A stretch of 63,234 nucleotides of DNA, counting the filler, from Sphacelaria rigidula (taxonomy: Eukaryota), in assembly GCA_964200075.2 (NCBI GenBank). It is 9 parts of 9 records of this genome, joined end to end, with 100 filler letters (N's around TTAATTAATTAA, not from the genome) between each part and the next. Parts side by side here need not be neighbours in the genome. Positions count along the whole stretch, not along the records: positions 7,039 to 13,975 come from CAXNAA020017320.1; positions 14,076 to 21,012 come from CAXNAA020017321.1; positions 21,113 to 28,049 come from CAXNAA020017322.1; 6 more parts are not named here. One strand, 5' to 3'. The notes beneath the pieces are model-generated. The model did no database searches. It saw only the letters and a list, made by a program, of their open reading frames with translations, and was not told where the DNA came from. Position numbers and translations under genes: made by a program. Below, piece by piece: positions 12,156 through 24,353 of this stretch; within the stretch, counting starts at the first letter, position 1; each line of letters opens with the position of its first letter.

Positions 12156-12784
12156 CACTCCGATGATGACGAATATCGCGGGTTTTGAGGCTGGACGCTG
12201 TACCCTTGACCCAGATTTCTCCAGAGCTAAATACCGCTCGCAGCGAGCGTGATCGATTGGGACAACGATTGAAAGGTATAAGGTATGACAAGTTTCAGAG
12301 TATAATCGGCACGTTGGAGGAAGATGGGTGGTGTGAGAGAAGGGAGGGCGTGAGTTGTCGCTGCTTTGGTGTTTGCCACAGCCTTGCGCGGACCAGCTCC
12401 ATGGTGTCGCGAGAGACTTCAGCTCTCGCGCTACACCGCATCCTACCGCCATGAAGCAACAAATTCAACCTTGAGATCACCAGTGTTCTGTTGCAGAAAG
12501 TTTGGTGGGTTTACATAAAGAACCTCGGAAGCTGAACACCTTGGTCGAAGTGAACTTCGATAACGTCAAAAAACGTCAAGTTATACGACTCGTACTTCAA
12601 TTCCTCTTGGTATTGCACTGTTTGGTACAACCGATGCCCAGGCAAATATTATACGTCCTGAATACCGACATCCTGATATCAATTGAATGTAGAAACCTCC
12701 TGCGCTATGGAGTCTCTCTGAACAAAAAGTATATGTTGTTTTATTTAGAATGGTTATTCTTTCGAGTGCACGCCATGTAGTAAC

Positions 12785-13975
12785 TTGTTGCTGTTGTTGT
12801 TGCTGCTGTTGTTGTTGTTGTTGTTGTTGTTGTCTTCACATTAAAAACCGTTCCGATATCTGCGCGGTACATTCGTACTGGGCATCTGATGCGGACGCCT
12901 TCCGTGGTCACAGGCTAGCAAAAAACAAAAAAACAAGATAGACGTAGATTAAAAGTCACAAAACGCGATACAAGCAAAAACAGGGATACAAAAAAAAGAA
13001 GAAAGAGAGTACATATGGCTAACGTCAGAAGATCCGGTGCCGCAGGTGGCCGTTCGGACTTCTGGGGGTGGCACCCGGCTTTCCAACTCGACGCGCGACG
13101 CCAAGTAGAAATGAACATAAGGTCCGACTTCGGGCCAGACTCAAGGCCCCAAATACCGCCAACCAAAGAACTAAGAATCGCAAGGTTCCATTTTTCGACC
13201 GCTCGAGGGACAGCCATACGCACAAGCATACCAGGTGTATCAAGACAAGCACTGCATGACATAACGACACCCCTCATCGGGGGGGTTTACCCCCCACCCC
13301 CCCCTTCTCTGGACCGTCGCCATTGCTGTGCTATTTGGGCTTCGTTGGTCTCCCGTCTAATCGCATGCAGTCGGCTGGCCTCCTCTTCATTTCTGTGCCA
13401 TGAGGTCGTGAACCTCTCCGTTCCCTACAGCACTGCCGTGTGCCACGACAACCCCCCCTCCTTATTTGCTGCTGAGGTCCATAGGGCACGGTCAATTCCG
13501 AATGCCTGGCGGTTGTCGTCCGTAGAGCCGTCTGTGGCTCCGAAAGCGTGAAGATCGTCCCTCAGGCACTTCAGCTAGTTCTGTTCCGGGCACCCTGGTC
13601 CTGGATTCTCCCCCACGACTAGTGTTCCGAATGTTATTCGCTTCGGGAATCATCCGTCCGGTTGTCTGGCTAGGGCTCCCGCGCACAGCAGTCGTCGTTG
13701 CCGGATGATGGCTTCGGCACTTTGGCATCCGGTCTCCTTGAGAGCCTGTGCATACGACGGCTGTTGGTAAGTACCGCGCACTCGGCGGCACCCGATGACT
13801 CGCAGGAGGAGCCGATAGTGCAGCTTTCTCAGCAAGTCGTAGTGTTCGCGGCGCGGGGCCCACGTCATGCATCCGTATAGTAGGGCCTCCATCGCCCCCG
13901 CTTTCAGCAGTCGGACCTTGAGTCTCCATGGTGCTCTCGGTCGGTCAAAGAGCTCCCGGGAGAACTTCCTGATGC
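12785..13975 (-). mobile_element. 3' end of an RTE-type LINE with 3' UTR and (CAA)n tail, cut by contig end
   Basis: ORF 13650-13892 EALLYGCMTWAPRREHYDLLRKLHYRLLLRVIG...RQRRLLCAGALARQPDG; (TTG)n tail at 12785-12833. Confidence 0.9.
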
Positions 13976-14075
13976 NNNNNNNNNNNNNNNNNNNNNNNNN
14001 NNNNNNNNNNNNNNNNNNNTTAATTAATTAANNNNNNNNNNNNNNNNNNNNNNNNNNNNNNNNNNNNNNNNNNNN
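13976..14075. other. Artificial contig spacer
   Basis: N44-TTAATTAATTAA-N44. Confidence 0.98.
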
Positions 14076-15538
14076 TCAGCAGTACCAGGGAGCGAAGCGA
14101 AGTATAGCGGGCTCGCTCTAAAACGACTTCGAGTTTCATCTGATTGTTCCGATTTTTTCCATTATTTTCGTTTTTTTCGGTCTGCGATGGCTTGTGGGTC
14201 GAGTTATGGCTTGTGGGTCGAGTTGAAAGCTATTGGCGAACACGGGAAGAATCCGGAAAAGATCTCTGATGAAAGAATACACAAAGTGGGCCCCAGTTGT
14301 TCGAAAACTGGAAAGAGAGAAGTTTTCTGGAAGAGTGGAATCCACTGGCGTGGACTTACCGTCGTGCAAAATGATACTCTATCCCATCTGTTCACGATGG
14401 TGCGTTGGTATCCTCGAGGCATTCAAAGACAGTGGAGGGTGAGCAAAATGAGCCCTATACCTGCTAGGAAGTGGCACGCTCTCTCTCTCTCCCCCTCCTC
14501 TCTCTCAGGTAAGATGTCTGGAGCGCGAGAACGAGAAGTTCCCAAAGCGGACGCCAAATAAAGTATTTCTAAGTCTGCCAGCAAAAAAAGTTCCCTCCTC
14601 TCTACATGCACCACCGCTTTGGCGGAGCTTTCCATCGCTGGCCTCTGGTCGACGAGCTGCAGTCCAAGACGTCACGGCATTTGTGACAAGAAGCATGCGG
14701 CGGGCGTAGTTGCCGAAACCATACATGTCCCGTGTCGTGGTGTGGAAACGTGCTCCTAACGAGACACATATTTCACATGAGATCTGTGGCACACAACGCT
14801 TTTCACCACAAGCCGCTGGTAGAAATATACAATTAGCCGCAAATGTCCACGTGTAAATGATGGGCCCATACGGGGAGGTTGGCTTGCACTATCGCACGGA
14901 CCAGGCACCGCCTTGTATGCTTCGTTTTATTTTATGTAATGGTTTTATGCTCAATGTCTGGAATTTCATGCAAGAGCAAGCATCAGAGGAATTACGAACG
15001 CACACATCACGGAGAAATTACCGCCTGGCTCGCGGACGTTTGCAAGTCAAACTCTGAGGATCATCCGTTCAGTCGAGTAATCTGAAGTCCCTCAATTTTC
15101 GCGGTTCCTCTGTATTGTCTTGCATTTCGTCCTGTGTAGTGAACGGCGGTACTGAATCCGTGGAAAAATAGACAAAATAGATGAATAATTACGTGGACGC
15201 TACAGTAGCAACTCAATATGTGGTAACGGAATGGTGCTGCTTCATCCTTACTCGTTTCTTCACGGAGCTGTTGCGCCAAAACTTGGACCTGCTGCGCGCG
15301 TGTTCAGCAGACGGTTGCCAAGTTACACCAGTCCGTCGACGTGTGAATACATGAATTAGATGAGAGCATTATCATTCAGGTGGCCTGTGGGAAAGAACGC
15401 GAAATTTTAGAGTGAACGGTGGCGGAAATTCTAGCGTGTTGTTAACACGTTCTTGATGAATCCCTGAATTTTCGAGCTGCTGATAACTTGCAACACATGA
15501 TTCCCAGTCGATTTTATCGTGATGTGTGTCGTGCGCAG

Positions 15539-15634
15539 ATCAGCAACGGTACGTTTTGGAAGTCGCTGCGCGAAGGTATGAGGTATCACACGGGCACGGC
15601 AGCCTTCGGCAGCCTCATCATCGCCATCATCAAG
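15539..15634 (+). CDS. Choline transporter-like (CTL/SLC44 family) protein, internal exon
   Basis: cag|ISNGTFWKSLREGMRYHTGTAAFGSLIIAIIK|gta, 96 nt, phase 0/0. Matches the CTL motif RYHxGxxAFGSLI. Confidence 0.92.
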
Positions 15635-16674
15635 GTAGTAAAATACAGCATGTTTTCGTCAACTTCTGCTGGCATGTGTTCGACCCTGTTCACAACCTAC
15701 TCTGTGCTTCTTCAGATGAATCTCTCTGTGGTGTGCCCACCCCACCTCACACCGTGTTTTGTCGTGAGGGCTTCAGCATAAGTGTATGTGTACGTATAAG
15801 CCGCCGCTCTCGTCTGACAAAACCCCAGCGTCTTGCGCATAGAGCGGACTGCGATGCGTTTCTATCGACACCTTGCTTGCCCAAACTATGTACCGGCACC
15901 GTACAACAGGACAAGGGCAACATCACCCTGGGAAACTCTGTGATCAGTGAAAAACACTCGCACCCGCTCAGCCACTCATATCTCCGATGCCTTTGCATTT
16001 TTCTTGTTCAATTATACTAGAAGGGAGCACCAAAGGCGTCTTGCACACATTGAAATGTGTAATTTGATTCAGCTGCGGCTAAAGCTTGACTCGATCGAAC
16101 TTCACCCATTGTTGATCCGTACCTCATGTTTTCCCCGTAAGCTGACCTCGTGCATTGTTCGAGAACAAATAGTCCGAGTGAACACCATAGTGGTGACAAC
16201 TCACTGTATACGTATGTTTTTCGTCGCCGGGTACTTCCCCTAGCCCCTTTCTCTCCCGTACGACCCCCCGCCTCCATTCTACACGTAGGGGTAAGCGTAG
16301 CGTCGAAATACTAGCTGAACAGGATTCTCGAGTGTTCCCACAAGGGACTGATGTATTGTGTGATACAGTAGGATGATCCCAGCTGAAGCCCCATACTGTG
16401 ATGTGAAAACGCCCCCAACCGATACGGCTGGTTCCCTGGCGTTTTCCTAAGTGAATCAATCAAACGCGGCCGTGACTCGAATGTTTACCTGCTGTGAACA
16501 TAACCAGCTCGAGCTAATTCGTATCAATGCGGAGTGAAGACATTTTGCAGTGTCCAATCGTGAAACCTGCCGATCACTCACTCGGATATCTAGTTTGGCG
16601 AGGACTGTAGCACACAAGGCTGCAGCCGAACTTGAACCCCAAACCCTGCTAGCTGTCACTCCTCAATATCATTT

Positions 16675-17870
16675 GAGCCACGCTACGATAGGGGGGGTAT
16701 TCTGGGCCGTTTTCTTCCACGAAACTCTACTTCAATTGTCGTTTAAAGCAGCAACGATTGTTTGAACGCGCTTATTCCCGATAAATAACGCCAATTTATA
16801 CTGCTCGATACCGTTTTAAACCCAAGTACCGTGAGTTGCTCTGTGATCGCACAGGGGTGCGATCGATTTTTAAATATTTTCGAACTTGTTTTTTTTTTCG
16901 CACAGGGGTGCGTTCTCACGACCCCTGTGTGAACACCGCGCCCCCTGTGCGAAAATCGAGATGAATCATTTGGTACTGCTTTTCCATCGCACACCTCTGT
17001 GCCATCTCAATGACAGGTGCGATATTGAGTAAATATTACCGATGACACCAGGGTCTTTGAACGCACACCCTGTGCGATAACCCCGCCATGTGCGATAGTG
17101 AGTAAATCTTCGCCGGTGTAAAGGAACAATCTACAACAGTACTGCCGTAGGAACAAGGTCTGAAGATGCCTGAAGCATAACAAGTGCACACGGGCACACC
17201 GTCACAGCACAACAGCATCAAGCGCACCGCACGAGCCTACGGTAGTTGTCTCGGTACCGGTACACCGTTACACGAAATGTCGAAGAGAGAGACGAGGTTG
17301 GTTGCAAGAAATCGTTCGGTGCCAGTACGCGTTTGCTTTTGGGCTTCGTTCTTTCCGTCGGTGTTGGCATTTGGTGAAAGATTTCGGCTTTGGTGGTTTC
17401 ATCCAAGGTGCACGACGAGAACTGGAGTAAAATAAATTGAAAAAGAAAGCCACTCCGCATGTTTTTTGTGTCTGCACTGCCACACCGCAGTGCGTAGTCC
17501 AGACAAGCCCCATGACGACGAGTAGAATAAAGACAAAAATCGTGGCAACTCAGGCTGTCCGCCCCAAAGACCCATCCGCGCGCACGCGTCCTCACGCCCG
17601 GAAGGTGGCTGAGACGCATTTCATCCTCGAGAACGCACCCCTGTGCGAACACAACGCCCCCTGTGCGAAAAAACAATTAAATAATTTCGAACCGTGTTTT
17701 TGATCGCACAGGGGTGCGTTCTCACGACCCCTGTGCGAAATTCACGCCCTGTGCGATCACAGAGCAACTTACGGTACAAGCGCGCCACGAGTGTGTTAGG
17801 TCGTCTGACGCACCTATGAGGCCATTTTTCGTGAAATCGAATATCCTCCCCCCCTATCGCAGCATGACTC
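16675..17870. mobile_element. ~1.2-kb non-autonomous DNA transposon with GAG...CTC TIRs, in the CTL intron
   Basis: GAGCCACGCTACGATAGGGGGG and CCCCCCTATCGCAGCATGACTC; flanks ATTT/ATCT; inverted subterminal arrays of CGCACAGGGGTGCG and CCCCTGTGCG. Confidence 0.75.
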
Positions 17871-18787
17871 ATCTGCCGAATAGGGTGGACAGTGCCTGGT
17901 GGGGAGGCTTGTGTTTTGTCTATCGCAAATCAAATGTTCCGCCCATTATCATCTTTCGAGATACTAAATGTCATCTACTGTGAGACATCGCGATCAGTTG
18001 TCACTCATACCAACGACCATACCAACTTCAACCTGTGCCTCTGACGTTTGGACTATTCATCCAGAAGCAGCCTGTACTATACGCCACCCAACACATCGCA
18101 GCGATTAGTCGAATTGGCAACCTGCACATGCCGGATACACACATTTATATTCGCTCGGATATATTCTTCTTTCACCCCAAAGTCAGATCTATCTTGATGC
18201 CGTAGTATGGCGGAAGGCCGATTGATCGTTCTGGCCCGCCATTTTATCACACTAGCCCACCCTGGCTCGTAGTGACTACAGTTTCCTTTCAGAAGGAACG
18301 AAGGTGCTACGAGCGACACCCCTCTCCCGCACCACAAAAACTGCAGACTGAACCAAAGTTCAAACGGTGATAGATAGATGGTCCATCTGCCATTTATGAG
18401 TATCTCTCATCTTGATCTCGCGTGGTTTGCTGTCGATATTGTGTAAATTTAGCACCTTCGAAGACGTATTTATCCGTGTGATGCCGTCATCTCGTTCATC
18501 CCCTCGGCGAAATAATCGAGCACCGTTGATCAACACGGCCACCATGTTGAAGCAAAGCTGAGTACTTTCTACATCAAAATCAATTCCCGTGCACCATGTA
18601 CCGTGATTTCCACCTACCCCTACGCCGCGCTGGTCGATGACGTCGTAGCAACTCAACTGCTACACCGGATTTTTTTCTTGATCGCCAAGTCTATTCTCTA
18701 TTCTGTGTCCGATTCCTCGCTCGTACCCTCGCGTATCGTCGGACTTGTGCGACGATCGACTGTATCGTTGCCGCCGTGCGCATGCAG

Positions 18788-18934
18788 ATGATACGCGCGG
18801 TTCTCACGTACGTCCAGAAAAAGTTGCAGAAATCGGGAAATAAGATCGCACAGGCGGTGCTGTGCTGCATGTCGTGCTTCTTTTGGATACTGGAGAAATG
18901 CGTTAAATTCATCAACAAGAACGCGTACGTCCAG
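18788..18934 (+). CDS. Choline transporter-like (CTL/SLC44 family) protein, next exon
   Basis: cag|MIRAVLTYVQKKLQKSGNKIAQAVLCCMSCFFWILEKCVKFINKNAYVQ|gtaag, 147 nt. Matches the CTL motif CCxxCxxWxLEKxxKFxNxNAY. Confidence 0.95.
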
Positions 18935-20145
18935 GTAAGATGGTGGCGCGCGACACGAGGCAATTAGTTGAGGAATAGTAGCAAGAGTGACGGGAGTATG
19001 GCAGGAGTAGTGGTAGGAGGAGTAGCGATAGTAGCGGCGGTGAATAGCAATATCAGAGTATTTGTACAGGTGGGCAGTCACGGCTCCGCCTGTGCAGTGA
19101 GAAGAAACCGCGAAGCAGTTAGTGTGCGTGTTCAAAGCGTCACGTATGATCCATGGATGCAGGTAAAATCCGTTTCTGCCCTTGTGTATAGAATCATCAG
19201 CATCATACAATGGCGCACATATTTTTCTTGTCTACGGTATGACGCATTTATTTTTATCTATGGCGCGTTTGTTTGTTCCCATGATGGATCTTTATTGTCA
19301 AAATACTTGCAGATTCTGAGTCAAAACTGTTCCGAAAGGACTACCACTGTCACCACAGACAGCAAAGCAAAGTGGCACGCATTTTTCTGGTTTTACACCC
19401 CCTCGCGGGAATTGTCGGTCGCCAATGTTCCTTGGTCGACGGCTAACATCATTCACGACCCTTCGGAGCGGAGGCAAATTTCAATGTAGCTGACGGTGGG
19501 CGCTGGCTTCTGCAGTTTTCGTCGTAGTAACCGCGGTGGTATTCATAGTAGCGGTAGCAGGGTAGTGATGATCACTACTACTTGTGAAATCATTTTGACA
19601 CTAACAATCCATATGTATTCCAGAAATATTCATTTGAAAATCGACGAAAACATTTCGAGCTTATTCGTGAGGGTGGTAACAGCAGTAATCGGAGCAGCAG
19701 CGGCAGCAATAGCAACAGCAGCGGTAACAGCAGCAGACTTCAGAAAATGCTTGTCCACATGGGTTTCTTCGGGGTCTTTATTTCAAACGCATCATAATCC
19801 TATGTGCCTTGGGCGTTAAAATCTAGACATTTGCGAAAACCAATTGAATTCTAAACATAGAAATACACGCTACAACATGATCTCGGCCACACAATGCTAC
19901 TTTTACAAGTTTTTCTCCGGAGTCCACGTGTAAGAGCAAACGATTTCGAAGCGATTGCTGTTCCCCCCGCCCAAGCGCTGCTTTTTCACCGCATGTACGT
20001 CTTTCAGCGTTGGAAGGGAGCTGTTGAGCCAGAGAATTCAGGTCCAGCTAGAAAAATGTGTAGAGTAGTCAGCGGAAGGTAGTAGGAAAAAAAATAATCC
20101 GAAAGGTGTTTTAGTTCTTGGGCAAATAGTATGGTACCATTATAT

Positions 20146-20280
20146 ACACCCTAGACAATGGATTCCATTGTCAACAACTGTACTGGGTACAGTATCGACT
20201 ATTTTGTCTATTGCAACAGACAACAGATTTCACGTTGTGCACGGTACATTATTGACAAAGGAATCTATTGCCTAGGGCGT
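20146..20280. repeat. Short MITE-like inverted repeat
   Basis: ACACCCTAGACAATGGATTCCATTGTCAA ... TTGACAAAGGAATCTATTGCCTAGGGCGT. Confidence 0.65.
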
Positions 20281-20599
20281 GCCGTCCCAAAAAATCAGTG
20301 AGGAAAAAGGATGTGCTGTCCCAAAAAATCAGGACCGCCGTTGGTCAAGACTTGACCGAAGCGGCCGAAAACAGAGCTCAAATCGACTAAATTAGATCTT
20401 CATTGGTACAACCACGGTGATTCTTTCCTTGTCGTGTTTATATACCTACCGCGCCGACGCCCCAACCGCTACACTCGAAAATCTGAAAGGAGTATCAAAT
20501 AGCAGCGCAGTTCGGTGTAGCAGATGAGAATGTAACCTATATCCTCTCGCGTTTTGTTTCATGTTTTTTTTTATCTCCTCTTTAACCATGTCTAGCTCC

Positions 20600-21012
20600 C
20601 CCCCTCCTCGGAACGATTCCGTTATCTCAAGGGACCGACCCATCTCTCTCTCTCCCGGTACACGCTCATTGCATCTTGGTATCGCGGATTGGATCATGAC
20701 CAACACTCCCGCACCGCGTCGATCGTCGTCCGACAAAATCAGCCAAACGGACTTTCTTTTTGCTGCACACATCTTCACGCGGGCGTTCAGCGACGGGTAT
20801 CATATTACTCAGAGAGGACTCTGAGAAATGGCGTCGATAATCAAAATGAGTTTCAACCCCGAAACGGTGCTTTTTCCCTGACCTAAAGTCATGACAAACG
20901 ACTTTCATACGGGCAACTTTATCCTCCCCGACCTCTCTAAAATTATTGGGGGGGGGGGGGGTCCGTCTTCCGTTCCCCCAGAGGGTATGGGCGAAAGCAC
21001 CATTTTCGGGCT
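20600..21012 (+). repeat. Dispersed repeat, unclassified
   Basis: 20600-20780 is homologous to 56430-56600; 20840-21010 is homologous to 22105-22262. Confidence 0.7.
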
Positions 21013-21112
21013 NNNNNNNNNNNNNNNNNNNNNNNNNNNNNNNNNNNNNNNNNNNNTTAATTAATTAANNNNNNNNNNNNNNNNNNNNNNNNNNNNNNNN
21101 NNNNNNNNNNNN
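21013..21112. other. Artificial contig spacer
   Basis: N44-TTAATTAATTAA-N44. Confidence 0.98.
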
Positions 21113-21187
21113 GCTCCGTCCCGGCATTATAGGGATGCGAGGTCAATGGTCTTATGACTATGGCATGCATGATCATGAGTACACCCA
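21113..21187 (+). mobile_element. Family A repeat, 3' end, cut by contig start
   Basis: GCTCCGTCCCGG...GGGATGCGAGGTCAATGGTCTTATGACTATGGCATGCATGATCATGAGTACACCC. Confidence 0.8.
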
Positions 21188-22268
21188 TCCTAGCATGAGC
21201 CAGGGATACCATCCGGAGGTAGACACATACGTTACTACTATGCCAAGGTCGTCCACAAGTGCGTCTTACCGGTGGCTACACAAACCGGGCTAGACACACA
21301 TGTGCACGACCAACTGAATAAAGCTGCGCCTAAAGGACTGCAAGTTTCTCGGCATGAGCACACACAAGGTTGGTTCCCCGAACCGGGGACTTTGCGCGAA
21401 TTGCACCTGCGAGATAAATTTTCTGCGGAGACAGCAACATACGTCAATAACACGATCCGTTTTGCTGCAGCTTTTAACATCAAGTGCGAATATTGTGGGT
21501 CGCCGAAGAGGTTCGGGTGCGTGGCAACGCGTCAGTTCTGGCGACGGGTGCTGATGTGCCTCACCTTCGACTGTTCTTCTGCAGCTTGTTGGTCGTAGCC
21601 TATCTTCCTCGCCTCGTCATGGACCAGGAAGTCGTATATGATGGCGGCTTTCCTCCCGTGGCCCGGCAATGCCACAGTGTCCGTTACTGTCCTCAACCCT
21701 TCTGTGTCTGTCTCCACCGGAAAGGCAGGGATGCGGGCAACTATGACGTACACGAAAAATACAGAACTCATCTTCGAGTATGAATTGCTCGCGCTCGTTA
21801 TACTGTATAAAGAGAGATATGTACAATGTATCGCATGCTGTGCTTAACGCTTGATTCCTCCGCTTTTCACCAGACAGAAAGATTCTCGCACACATACATG
21901 TACGCCGTGCGAGTAAGTCATGATTATCTTGACCCCTTGAACGCCAGGTGAAATCCTATTTTGAAAGATCCCGGTGCAGTCCGGGGACAAGTTGAGGTAT
22001 GCAGTGTATGGACGACCTCATGCTCCCCGACCCCCGCCCTGAAACTATTTTTGGGAGACTCTCATCTTCCGTTTCCTGAAAGGAAACTATCAAAAATGGG
22101 GTTGAACAAGAAATGAGGTTCGACTCAAAAGCAGTGCTTTCCCTGACCAAAAGTCGTGACAAATGACTTTCATATGGACGACCTCTCCTCCCTAACGCTA
22201 TTTCGGGGGGTTTCCAGCCTTCCATTCCCCCGAAGGGCATGTGCGAAAGCACGATTTTTGGGCCAAAA

Positions 22269-22697
22269 ACACGGGATTTTACGAATTGGGGATGGGTTTT
22301 TTATTGGGAGTATGAACCCGGAGACTTAAAATCTTCGTATCCACATCAAATCTTCGAAACATGGTTCCATTTCTTCACTTGCTGATAGCTATTGACAACT
22401 ACTACACGCCATACAAATTTGGATTCCGATAGCCGAAATATTGGGGTCCTAGATGAAAAACCAATATTGGCGTCCAATCGGATCGCCAAAACCCACCAAA
22501 ATTGGTTTCTCACCTAGGACCCCAACATTTCGGTTATCGAAATCCAAATTTGTATGGCGTGTAGTAGTTGTCAATAGCTACCAGAAAGTGAAGAAATGGA
22601 ACCATATTCCGAAGATTTGGTGTGGATACGAAGATTTTAATTCTCCGGGTTCTCATCCGCAATAAAAAGTCCATCCCCAATTTGTAAAATCACGTGT
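22269..22697. mobile_element. Foldback/palindromic MITE (~200-bp arms, ~30-nt loop)
   Basis: Left arm (e.g. TAGCTATTGACAACTACTACACGCCATACAAATTTGGATT) pairs with the right arm; second copy at 46998-47316. Confidence 0.9.
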
Positions 22698-22699
22698 AA

Positions 22700-22879
22700 G
22701 AACAAGTGATGGAATGTGAGAGCATGCCACGATTAGCATTCCAATGGGCTAGGGATGTCTTGAATGAATTTCGAAACGGGAATGTCCTGACCCATTTTCT
22801 CGTGTATGTCCCAAGTTCAGGAGCCCCGCAATGAGAAAGATCTGGGCCCAAATGTCCAACCTCTACCGTGGCATGACTC
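22700..22879. mobile_element. GAG...CTC MITE family D, right half
   Basis: Homologous to 27145-27317; ends CTACCGTGGCATGACTC. Confidence 0.7.
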
Positions 22880-23481
22880 GTCTTGATTGTCCACACGATT
22901 GCTTCATTTTCTTCGTGTTTTTTGCACCCCGACTTTCCTCCGGGCGATTCCGTGGTCTGAACGAATCAACACGTGACCCCCATCATCATCGACACATTAT
23001 TTTCGGAGGCCTCCGATTTTTTCAGGCATATCGGACTCCGCCTGCGGGCTTCTCCAGCAATGAAGTGGCTTGATTTTTTTCTACGAACCTTCAATTTTGG
23101 ACACGTCTGACTAGTTAGGACTGCAACCCAGCACTTCGGAGAGCTACCCCGTGTGTACGCCGTGGCGCTCGCAAGCTGTCGAGAGTCATTGATGTCCGAA
23201 GTTTTCGGAGATCTCCGCGAAGCATTGTCGAAAATAATAGGCCTTAGTCGGTTAGCGGAAGGGGTGCACGTTTTTGGCCAAAGCATATCTGAGGTAATTT
23301 CACAAACAAAACATAGAAACTCAGCGGCCCGGAAGTGGCCATCTTTCACCCCTTCTCCGGGGCAAAAAAAAAGTAAAGGTAAGAATGGCAAAAAAAAACT
23401 CCGAAACTCTTCGTTTTAGATTTTGCTTGTTGCACGGTCGCTAGCCGTGTCTCGTCCTACACCACTTTTGTCACGGTGTCA

Positions 23482-23736
23482 GAGTGATGCTACGGTAGGG
23501 GTGCACAAGTTTTTTTTGAGGTTGGAATTTTTAGGAGCCCTTGATCTCATCCAAAACACGACTTATGAAAATATTTGAGAGTACACCAGGATAACTTTTC
23601 CAATGTGCTCAGGATATCCCGACTGAACTTGCAAACGGGATGCCCTGACCCATATTCTTGTGCATCTAGAATCGTGAGGAGCCCCTGAACCAGACAAGAT
23701 TTCGCGCGAAAGGTGCATCCGACCGTAGCATTGCTT
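23482..23736. mobile_element. MITE family D (Sola2-like), TSD GTCA
   Basis: GAGTGATGCTACGGTAGG ... CCGACCGTAGCATTGCTT, flanked by GTCA on both sides. Confidence 0.85.
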
Positions 23737-24111
23737 GTCACGTCTGTCCAGCACGAGAATGTTTAAAATCGCTCGAATTTGGCTCGAACCGGATCCTTTG
23801 AGGTGGCCAAAATTAACTCAATTCTGACCCGAAATTGTGCATGCAATACGTTGTTTTCTTTGTTCTATGAGCATCTCCATAGTTACATCTCTTCAGCGAC
23901 ATAAGTGTTGTCTTGTAAGCGCCTTCGTTCGGGAGATACGACCTGCACCCCACAAACACCCAGCCCCACGGGATAGAGGAAATATTGAACGGCAAGCACA
24001 CCAAAAAGTAAGCGCGTGTTTCGGATTAAAAGAGGCATGTATGAGTCCCGATTGACGCTTCACAGCTCAAGGATTCGTGTGTGACCATCTCGTCCCTCTT
24101 GTGTGTCGCAG

Positions 24112-24179
24112 AACTCCATCTGGCGAGGAGGGGCATTGCTCATCTCACCGACGACATGGAGGCGTTCGAGAGTCTTGAG
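24112..24179 (+). CDS. Leucine-rich-repeat protein (LRRC72/SDS22-like), internal exon
   Basis: cag|(x)LHLARRGIAHLTDDMEAFESLE|gtg. The phase-0 end joins in frame to 26887-26991. Confidence 0.8.
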
Positions 24180-24353
24180 GTGAAAACTGTACGCGTCTGA
24201 CCATAAAGTGTGTCAAGGGTCTCTTTTTTACTGTACGGATAAGTACGGGTAAAGATCAGGCCTAGGAGCAGTGGTTTCTTTCTCTCGTCACACTTTCAAC
24301 CCCTCCCCTTCCTCAAAGTGCGATGATGCTAGACGGGGAAATATCGAAACATT

